Translations under genes and position numbers: made by a program | Assembly (NCBI RefSeq): GCF_006345805.1 | Contig: NW_021825871.1 | Span: 1-18,071 of the forward strand | DNA from: Octopus sinensis | Taxonomy: Eukaryota | DNA length: 18,071 nucleotides | Direction of reading: 5' to 3' | Notes under the pieces: generated by a model | The model's database searches: none | Told to the model about the DNA's origin: nothing | The model's input: the letters and a program-made list of their open reading frames with translations, nothing else | Shown here: positions 9,869-18,071 of the stretch, in pieces | How the letters are laid out: each line of letters opens with the position of its first letter | Position numbering within the stretch: position 1 is the first letter of the stretch

Positions 9869-9870
<2 letters not shown>
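9643..9870 (-). mobile_element. 5'-truncated R4/Dong-like non-LTR retrotransposon 3' end (lineage 2)
   Basis: Minus strand 9870-9817 encodes KIVLTGTSHVLRRALSM*. The 3'UTR contains CCTAGGAGTCGGGAAGACACCCGG and an A-rich end; (TAA)n lies on both sides. Confidence 0.75.
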
Positions 9871-9950
<80 letters not shown>

Positions 9951-9968
9951 TTTATTTTTATTATTATC
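9871..9968. repeat. (TTA)n microsatellite
   Basis: Direct reading of the sequence. Confidence 0.95.
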
Positions 9969-9979
9969 ATCTTCATCAT

Positions 9980-10151
9980 TGCTTAAAGGCATTTGGTCCA
10001 ACTTGACTTTATGCGTTTAAATCCCGCTTTGCCTTTCATTCTCTCAGGGTCGATAAAATAAGTACCAAGCAAATTTTCGGGTCGATATAATCGACAAGCC
10101 AGTTACAACCAGCATTTCAGATTTGTGCCTACATTAGAAAACATTATTATT
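9980..10151 (+). mobile_element. SINE family B, diverged and 5'-truncated
   Basis: ctttgcctttcattctctcagggtcgataaaataagtacc...gggtcgatataatcgac...ttgtgcctacattagaaaacattattatt. Confidence 0.75.
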
Positions 10152-10351
10152 ACTAGTGGAACCCGTGGACGTTTCATAGTGCAAGTGAGCGCGTTCGGAA
10201 ATTTTATTTAATATATTAACCTCAGCAAAGAATTTTTTTAATGATTTTGAAATCCTGCCAATTAATCAAAACTGTACTCCTATTAAACATTTCGATTTTG
10301 CCTGCGATTTGAACACGCAGACGCAGAATAATATAGACTTGTCCCCTATTT

Positions 10352-10355
<4 letters not shown>

Positions 10356-10400
<45 letters not shown>

Positions 10401-10401
10401 T

Positions 10402-10435
<34 letters not shown>

Positions 10436-10470
10436 TTCCATCTCTCTCTCTCTCTCTCTGTCTCTCTCTT
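10356..10470. repeat. (CT)n microsatellite
   Basis: Direct reading; two copies of a cgcttt(c)cat interruption. Confidence 0.95.
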
Positions 10471-10540
10471 TCATAATTTCTACTTTTTAGTTTTTACTAA
10501 TTTCACTATTTCTCTGTCTCTCTTCCCGGCTCCATCTTCT

Positions 10541-10606
10541 CTCTTTTACTCTTTTACTTGTTTCAGTTATTTGACTGTGGCCATGCTGGAGTACCGCCTT
10601 TAGCCG
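10541..10606 (-). mobile_element. SINE family A 3' tail fragment
   Basis: ctcttttactcttttacttgtttcagttatttgactgtggccatgctggagtaccgcctttag; the minus strand ends in (TAAAAGAG)n. Confidence 0.8.
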
Positions 10607-10728
10607 ATCATAATAAACCTGAACATAATAAACGATGAAAATGATTGAGATTTTGCTTGGACTCAAGTTTTTAAAGAAGCTGAGGAAAAGTTTTCTCTAA
10701 TTGTTCTGTGGTCAGGGCACTGCAGGGA

Positions 10729-10860
10729 TACTCTTTAGTTGTTTCAGACATTTGACTGTGGCCATGCTGGAGCACCGCCTTTAGTCGAGCAAATCGACCC
10801 CAGGACTTATTCTTTGTAAGCTTAGTACTTATTCTATCGGTGTCTTTTGCCGAACTGCTA
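10729..10860 (-). mobile_element. SINE family A 3' part
   Basis: Near-identical to 13156-13288. Confidence 0.85.
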
Positions 10861-10934
10861 TTTAGATAATTTGAAATAGATTGAATGAATATATACACCG
10901 ATCTCTGAAATTTACTTCTGTCTCCCTTAATTTT

Positions 10935-10988
10935 ATATATATCTAACTATATATAACTATATATCCGCATATATATATATATATATAT

Positions 10989-11059
<71 letters not shown>

Positions 11060-11314
11060 TATATAGATATATATATACATATATATATACGTGTGTGTGT
11101 GTGTGTGTATATATGTATGTATATGTATATATGTATATATATTTATATGTGTATACATATATATATATATAGAGAGAGAGAGAGGGAGAGAGAGATAGTA
11201 AATAGATGCACACACGTATTCATATATATATATACATATATGCATACAAACATATATATATATATACATGTATATGTATATGCATATACATACATACATA
11301 TACATACATATTTA

Positions 11315-11367
<53 letters not shown>

Positions 11368-11386
11368 TGTAGTATGTATGTATGTA
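10935..11386. repeat. Compound (TA)n/(CA)n/(GA)n/(TATG)n microsatellite region
   Basis: Direct reading of the sequence. Confidence 0.9.
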
Positions 11387-11699
11387 TAAACATCAAATGC
11401 CAGCTCACATCTCCACTACTACCTGTTCTTTATAACTTCACACCAGATATGTTTTATGACGGTTTTATAGCCACATATCCTCCTGTGCTGAGGCGCCGAA
11501 AATTGTTTCTCAAGTATAGAGACCCAATTCACAGTCACACACACCCCATAAAAACGCACACGCATTTCCTCAAACACAAACACGCAGGGTGTCACTCGCA
11601 CATGGACAGGCGCGCACACAGACTTACACAGACGCGTACACAAACGCGCACATATACACTCGCCCACTCTATAACTCTCTTCTTTATATGTCCTCTCAT

Positions 11700-12080
11700 A
11701 TAAGTATGCGTGCGTATATATATATGTGTGTATAAATATATGCATATATATATATATATATAATATATATACATATATGGATATGCACACACCACATGTT
11801 AGGAACCTTTTATCCGTTTTTGATTTTTTATCCTTATTCCCTAGTTCTTTTGCTATATCTTTTCATCCAACGATCTACAATTGTTAAGCTATGCATACAA
11901 CGTACATACATACGTACATACATACATACATACATATATATATATATAGATATATATATATATATATAATATATATATATACATAATAATACATATGTAG
12001 ATACATATATACATTACATATATATAGGTACATGCATACGGATTATAAAAATAATTTAATGTATAAGTATTATATATAGG

Positions 12081-12112
<32 letters not shown>

Positions 12113-12270
12113 TGTATGTATGTATGTATGTATATATATAATATATGTATATCATACATATATATTATATGGCGTGTGTGTTTGTGTGTATTATACATAT
12201 GTTCATACATATATACATACCTAGAAAAACAAATTTCTATAGGCACATATATATATATATATATATATAA
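11700..12270. repeat. (TA)n/(CATA)n-rich low-complexity region
   Basis: Direct reading; short non-repeat spacer at ~11795-11890. Confidence 0.85.
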
Positions 12271-12318
12271 TATCTTCTATATGCACATACACATTGTTAT
12301 CATTATTATCATTTATTT

Positions 12319-12319
12319 C

Positions 12320-12351
<32 letters not shown>

Positions 12352-12374
12352 TAATAATAATAATAATAATAATG

Positions 12375-12437
<63 letters not shown>
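12319..12437. repeat. (AAT)n microsatellite
   Basis: About 39 units with two GAT variants. Confidence 0.95.
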
Positions 12438-12440
<3 letters not shown>

Positions 12441-13014
12441 TTATCGTTGGAGTAAAGGAAGAGTAATTTTGTATAAGATTCCAGACTCTCCTAATCCCGA
12501 AAATCACACTCATTTAAGTGCAACTATAAATAATTAAGCACAGAAAGACTGGCGTGATTTTCGTAAGGGTGATATTGTTGGGGCTGTGCCGTGAAACTGA
12601 AACGAAACAATGCTATGCAAGCTTTTGCTGTCCCTGTGTCTTGTTTTATTTAATTCCATTTTTATGTGGTAAATGTGATTCACTGATTCACCTTGAGTAG
12701 GTTAAAAAAACAATAAACAAAAAACATAAGAAAAGTAAAAATTCACACAAAAAAACAACAGATATGTTGTCAAATTCTAGACCTAAATCCCTCTAACCTG
12801 ACCTAACCACTGTTCCCGTAGAGCAGTGCAAATATCGTATTGTATCTCGCCGGAAATACTTATTATTAAAATGATTTGTGTAAATATTTGCGCTGTTAAG
12901 CTATCTTAAAAATAAATTATAGAAATTATTGCAAAAATAAATATATAAAATCATAGCTACTAAAAATATAATGAGGGAAACAGCAAATGTCAGCTTGCTT
13001 TCATTATATTGTGT

Positions 13015-13110
13015 AAGGTTGAAGAGTTTGAAACTTTAGCATGCCGCTCTAAATTGCTTAGTGCGTTATGTTACGGCCTTTTTCGTTTAAGAGTTCAAAC
13101 CACAGCGATG
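13015..13110 (+). mobile_element. Highly diverged SINE family B head
   Basis: ttagcatgccg...tgcttagtg...gagttcaaac occurs with the same order and spacing as in family B heads. Confidence 0.45.
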
Positions 13111-13155
13111 TTCAGTGTAAGCTGGGTTTTTTTTATCCCTATGTTTGATAATAAA

Positions 13156-13391
13156 TACTCTTTTACTTGTTTCAGTCATTTGACTGTGGCCATGCTGGAG
13201 CACCGCCTTTAGTCGAGCAAATCGACCCCAGGACTTATTCTTTTTAAGCCTTGTACTTATTCTATCAGTCGCTTTTGCCAAACCGCTATGTTACGGGGAC
13301 GTAAACACACCAGCATCGGTTGTCAACGACACATACACCAAACCACACACACCTACACAACACACACACACACCACACACACACACCACCA

Positions 13392-13427
<36 letters not shown>

Positions 13428-13605
13428 TATATTATATATATATTATACATATATACGACTGGTTTCTTTCAGTTTCCGTCTACCAAATCCACTCAGAAGC
13501 TTTGGTCGGCCCGATGATATAGTAGAAGACACTTGCCCAAGGTCCCACACAGTGGAACTATGTGGTTGGTAATCAAGCTACTTACCACACATCCTCTCCT
13601 ACGCC
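13156..13605 (-). mobile_element. Full composite SINE family A: tRNA head, internal microsatellite, RTE-like tail
   Basis: Head/central part 13605-13456 (contains CCTTGGGCAAGTGTCTT; the B-box segment is deleted relative to the 3158-3314 copy), (TA)/(TG) tract 13455-13331, and tail 13330-13156 ending GAAACAAGTAAAAGAGTA. Confidence 0.85.
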
Positions 13606-13788
13606 ATAATATAAAGTAACAAAAAATATATATCGGTCAGGTCGTCGGATTGATACATACGAGCGTGCGCTTCCACACAATCAAAAACTCTGCATGTCAT
13701 TTTAAATACTCGTCTTGTTGATTGTGTTATTCTTGTTTTGTTTACCCTCACGTCAGTTCTCATCAAGAAGTAACATTATATGCAAATA

Positions 13789-14005
13789 AAGCAGCGAGGT
13801 GGCAGAATCATTAGCACGCCGGACAAGATGCTTAGTGGCATTTCGTTCGTCCTTACGTTCTGAGTTCAAATTTGGAGGCTAACTCTGCCTTTCATCCTCC
13901 CACGGCCGTGGAAATAAATATCAGTTGGGGACTGGAGCCGGAGTAATCGACAAGCCTCTTCCACCAAAATTTCAGCCCTTGAACCTATGCTATAAAGGAT
14001 CATTA
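13789..14005 (+). mobile_element. SINE family B
   Basis: gcagcgaggtggcagaatcattagcacgccgg...ctgagttcaaat...gcctttcatcct...taatcgac...aaaggatcatta. Confidence 0.8.
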
Positions 14006-14222
14006 CGTGCTTACAACCGAAATGGGCATAACAGAAAAATCCTCCTCGATATTTCCTAACCACGTCTAGACGACAATTACGATCATACTGCGCCCTTTGA
14101 CAGTCTGGACATGTTCTTATCACTTCAACTGTATGATTGATGGAATTGCATCATTGAAGCCTTGTGTATATTAATATTAATTAAATACCAAATAATTATT
14201 TGCGTATAAGTCATAAATAATA

Positions 14223-14376
14223 CCGTATTTACTCGTGTATGTATCGCAATAGCTTACACTTGATTTTAATAGGGTAAAGCTAAAACTATGTAGAGAAAAA
14301 AAAACGTTGCACCAAAATTTTAAGAATTAAGGTAGCAATTTATACAGGAATGCGGGTTATATACGAGTACATATGT
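14223..14376. mobile_element. Small MITE with Tc2/pogo-type termini
   Basis: Left TA-CCGTATTTACTCGTGTAT versus the right-end reverse complement TA-ACATATGTACTCGTATAT (16/20 identical), with TA on both sides. Confidence 0.65.
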
Positions 14377-14504
14377 TAATTGTATTTAGTAAGCAAAATA
14401 CCCATCTGAGGAAATCATGACATGAGCCATATTGTGGTTGCTTCTCGTCTGAAATTTGACATATATTGTGTTGCCTTCTGGAATATCATTTGGATGCTCC
14501 TATA

Positions 14505-14612
14505 TTTTATATTTGCTTCACTCATTGAACAGTGGCCATGCTGGGACACCGCCAAGAAGGGTTTTGTCTAATAGATCGGCAACAGTTCTTATCTATATTT
14601 TACGCCTGGTAA
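14505..14612 (-). mobile_element. Diverged SINE family A tail fragment
   Basis: ttgcttcactcattgaacagtggccatgctgggacaccgcc...atagatcggcaacagttcttat. Confidence 0.6.
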
Positions 14613-14751
14613 ATAGTTGCCATTTTATTGTTTAATTTCACCCATGTGCATTGTTTATCCTCGATTTTGTCGACGATACAGTATAGTAGGATCAGTTGAG
14701 CATCGTCTGGAAGAAGTATAGCAATTCACTCTCCTTGACGCACTCTAACTC

Positions 14752-14860
14752 CCTGAAATTTGGAAGCGACATGCTGTACTGTTTGGTATTCACGCCAGAA
14801 TCTCCAATACGAACATTTCAGAGTGTTTGGGTGCCTATCTGAGGTCAGAGGTCAGTACAA
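14752..14860 (+). pseudogene. N-terminal helix-turn-helix fragment of a Tc1/mariner-superfamily transposase
   Basis: Translates PEIWKRHAVLFGIHARISNTNISECLGAYLRS, which fits an HTH pattern (R.AV......G.S...I...LG....TV). Truncated by a SINE head. Confidence 0.5.
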
Positions 14861-14863
14861 TCT

Positions 14864-14917
14864 AGAATCATGTGGTTGGGAAGCAAATTTTCTTACCACA
14901 CAGTCACGCCTGCGCCT
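14864..14917 (-). mobile_element. SINE family A head fragment
   Basis: Minus strand AGGCGCAGGCGTGACTGTGTGGTAAGAAAATTTGCTTCCCAACCACATG. Confidence 0.75.
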
Positions 14918-14918
14918 A

Positions 14919-14939
14919 ATATATGTATGTATATATATA

Positions 14940-14986
<47 letters not shown>

Positions 14987-15149
14987 AGTATATATATATA
15001 TATATGTTATCTTATATATATTATCTATATTCATAGTATATTATGTGATAATATAATATAAATAAATTATTAGATTGTCAATTGAATCTTTTCAATTTAT
15101 TGTTTTTACACACACATACAAAGATAGATAGATAGATAGATATATATAT

Positions 15150-15181
<32 letters not shown>

Positions 15182-15190
15182 CTAGATAGA
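14919..15190. repeat. (TA)n tract followed by (GATA)n/(GACA)n
   Basis: Direct reading of the sequence. Confidence 0.85.
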
Positions 15191-15853
15191 TGTAAGTGCT
15201 ACAGAAGGACCTTAATTGGACTCCCGGTTCGATAACAGTATGAGTGAGGAGTTTAATGCGGGTCATATATGAGCATGCATATGTTAAATAAAATGGGACA
15301 ACAAAGCCAAAGCAGTGCGAAATTTCTAGGATATTTACAAAGAGAAAGGTAGTCTTACAGCTGTTTCGGGGATTTGAAGGATATCTCTTCATCAGAGACT
15401 ATATGAGAGAGTTAAGTAGACGGAAACAGTAGCCTTCAATATAAGAAATTATTTTGGGAAAGGAGAGATATAGGAAGTATGAAAGGAAATAAGAGAATAA
15501 ATATAAAAATATGCTGGATGTTACGGCTGCAGTTCCATTATCCATATATAACATATATGTGTGTGTGTGTCCATGGGTGTATGCACATTCATCCATAGTA
15601 TATAAAGGTGTTCATCGAGCTACAGATCTTGCATGCAAAGTCTAGTATGGGAATCCCTGCTAACATCGATAGTATTCTCAATTTTGCTTTGAAGAATGAA
15701 AAAAAAAAACTGTGGCGAGGCTGCTGTCACTGTAATAATAGTTGCGAAGACTTACGTCAGAAGATTTAAAGCTTTATATACACTTTATATTTACTTTGAT
15801 TTTATGAAGCCTTGGATGTCGATAAGCAACTCGTATTTATCTTCTCTCTGTAG

Positions 15854-15886
15854 ACGCTACCGTAATAACTCATCTTTCTAAACGAA
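15854..15886 (+). other. Candidate 33-nt microexon
   Basis: tttatcttctctctgtag acceptor and AA|gtaagt donor; length divisible by 3; one open phase (xATVITHLSKR). Confidence 0.25.
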
Positions 15887-16706
15887 GTAAGTTTGCATAC
15901 GTAGTAAATCACGCCGAAACAATATCGGGCTTTACAAGGAATCATGTTTTGCGAAAAAGACAAACAAAAAATTAATATAAATAACTACATATCTAAATAA
16001 ATAATATGTCTTATTGTAAATATACTTGGAGAATCCTTTTAATAAATCGTTTTGTGTATAATAAGTCAACTTTAAGAAATGCTATTTACTGGAATTTTAA
16101 AATATTCCTTGTATAATCTTTGCAATGTTAAACTATCATGTAGACTTATATGAGTCTCGTAATTCTTTATCACAAATTATTGTTAACTTACACACACTGC
16201 TTCTCTTCTTATTCTTTGTAAGGAAATTCGATGGAATTCTCCCTTGACCTGGTTTTACACATTCTTCATTTAACAACTATATACTGGATCAAATATAAAC
16301 CATTTCAGGGAATCTATACTATACATATTTTTGGGCTTTATGAATAAAAAAAATACATATATAAGGTTAAAATAAATAGCATATGCCTAAAACTTTAAAT
16401 AAACCGTAAATCTTTGAAAATGTTGTTCGATTTATACAACAAAAAATACATAAACTCAATGATAGTTCAGCTAAATAACTTAAACAATTCATTCTTTACA
16501 AGATATACATTATGTAACGAACTTGATCTTGGAGTTAAGAATGTAATTCTATTAGCTTTATATTCAGTTTGTTTCTTCCGCATCAATTATTCTAGCTTGT
16601 CAATTTATATATTTGTACAATTTTACACAAAAATAATGTTAGATTTCCCGTTACAGTTGGTTCTAATATATTTAAAACCACTTTTTTTGTAGTCTCAATG
16701 AGAGAG

Positions 16707-16742
<36 letters not shown>

Positions 16743-16772
16743 CACACAAAAAAAAAATCAGGTTGAAATTGA

Positions 16773-16802
<30 letters not shown>

Positions 16803-16807
<5 letters not shown>

Positions 16808-16869
16808 CCAAGGAAAAAACAACAAGAATGGATGACTAATCCATTCTGTTGCTTTTTTCCTTGGTTATA
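16803..16869. repeat. Near-perfect 67-nt hairpin
   Basis: 30 Watson-Crick pairs, two single-base bulges and a 5-nt loop gacta (16834-16838). Confidence 0.85.
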
Positions 16870-17296
16870 ATCACCCCACATTATTTTATGGTTAATACCA
16901 TAAAGAATTCTGGTGCATCTAAGTTAAGTACCATATTCATTTGAATTCATTGGAATTCATTTGAATCTTAATTATTTTGCTGAAATATATATTTATATCT
17001 ATATATATATATATATATATATATATGTTTATATATATATTTGCAAGCATATATGTAACGGTGGTAATAAATCATTAGATTTGTTAAAAGAAGATTTCGG
17101 ACCTAGTGAATATATGGCTCTTCGACTTTCACTAGTTTCAGTACTCTTATACTATGCATATAGAAAAATGACAGCGTGAAACCAAAGTAGAGAAAATACC
17201 TTGCCATTTTATGTATGAGCTTTTGTGCATGAGTTTTTGTGTGTACCTGTAGTGATGTATGGTGTGTGTATATGATATAAGATATACGAAATGCTA

Positions 17297-17510
17297 TATT
17301 CTTTTATTCTTTTACGTGCTTCAGTCATTTGACTGTGGGCATGCTAGAGCAATGTGTCACAGGGATTTTTAGTCGAAGGCATCAATCCCGGGAGTTATTA
17401 TTTGAAAGCTTAGTATTTATTCTATCAGTTCCTTTTGAAGAACCGATAAGTTAAGGGGGCAAAACAACACCAATATCGGTTTTCAAGCGATGGTCGGTGG
17501 ACAAACACAG
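17297..17510 (-). mobile_element. Diverged SINE family A 3' part, followed by its (CA)/(TA) tract
   Basis: tcagtcatttgactgtgggcatgctagagc...tattctatcagt...gaaccgataagtta...atcggttttcaagcgatgg, colinear with 13156-13330. Confidence 0.8.
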
Positions 17511-17580
17511 ACAGAAAGACACACACAAAATACAAAATACGTATACACACACACACCACACACTTATATATATATATATA

Positions 17581-17627
<47 letters not shown>

Positions 17628-17631
<4 letters not shown>

Positions 17632-17926
17632 TACTGTTGTATCTGGGGAGAGTCATTTTCTGTTTGTGCCTTATGATTTTACAGACTCACTGGTAAAATT
17701 TCTTATTTTTAGTTTCCTAAAATTTCGTTGCGTCTTGCAACCTTTTCAATAGTCTTGACTCTCAAGACTATTGAGAAGAGTTAAGACTATTGAAAGGTTG
17801 CAAGACGCAACGAAAATTTTAGGAAAATAAAAATAAGAAATAAGTGGAAATTTTACCGGTGCGTGTGTTAAAATCATTAAGCACAAAAAGAAAAGAAAAT
17901 GAGTCTACCCAGACACAACAGAATAT
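17628..17926. mobile_element. ~300-bp fold-back (inverted-repeat) element between (TA)n tracts
   Basis: Arms of ~135-150 bp run from atattactgttgt to acaacagaatat. The inner 22 bp ttcgttgcgtcttgcaaccttt are perfectly inverted, the centre has a duplicated aagactattga, and there is a one-sided extension to ~17983. Confidence 0.85.
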
Positions 17927-18071
17927 GCTTCAACACACGAACTCATATAAAGAATCTTGGCTAACCAAATCCCAAAACGAAATATATTATATATAATATA
18001 TATATATATATTATATATATATATGAATTTAAAATGAGGGTTAAAAATTGGATATTACCTCTGAAAAAAAT

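Noticed and set aside
10671-10898. Similar peptide KNKSWGRFARLKAVLQHGHSQM in two ORFs (also 13087-13281)
   Set aside because: The similarity comes from two SINE A copies, not a gene family.
14090-14135. VEVIRTCPDCQRA on the minus strand, resembling an integrase zinc-finger CxxC
   Set aside because: No HH residues, WP motif or downstream integrase core; too short to support.
15990-16690. AT-rich stretch with faint Penelope-like words (YTWRIL..YNKST; RYTLCNE)
   Set aside because: No recognisable GIY-YIG or RT motifs; it would need tBLASTn/HMM support.
1-18071. CRISPR array, operons or other prokaryotic systems
   Set aside because: The repeats are dispersed SINEs and microsatellites with no regular repeat-spacer period; the sequence is eukaryotic and non-coding.

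Overview
AT-rich, repeat-saturated eukaryotic DNA, intergenic or intronic. The SINE families and microsatellite load suggest an octopus/cephalopod genome (inference from recalled repeat families, not a search). No intact host gene is supportable, and most ORFs in the track are microsatellite artefacts. Supported content: (1) a full-length but frameshifted mariner with perfect 37-bp TIRs and TA TSDs (3696-4967); (2) remnants of a Tc1 and of a second Tc1/mariner-superfamily transposase, plus a Tc2/pogo-type MITE; (3) three tRNA-derived SINE families; (4) a nest of elements stacked in (TTA)n tracts (8250-10151), including two R4/Dong-like LINE 3' ends and a 554-bp non-coding insert; (5) several fold-back elements. 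The most notable signal is a minimal type I hammerhead ribozyme motif with a palindromic stem III (minus strand, 1477-1528) inside a (TA)n-flanked, Penelope-pLTR/retrozyme-like element. A variant hammerhead-like core also recurs in two fold-back elements.
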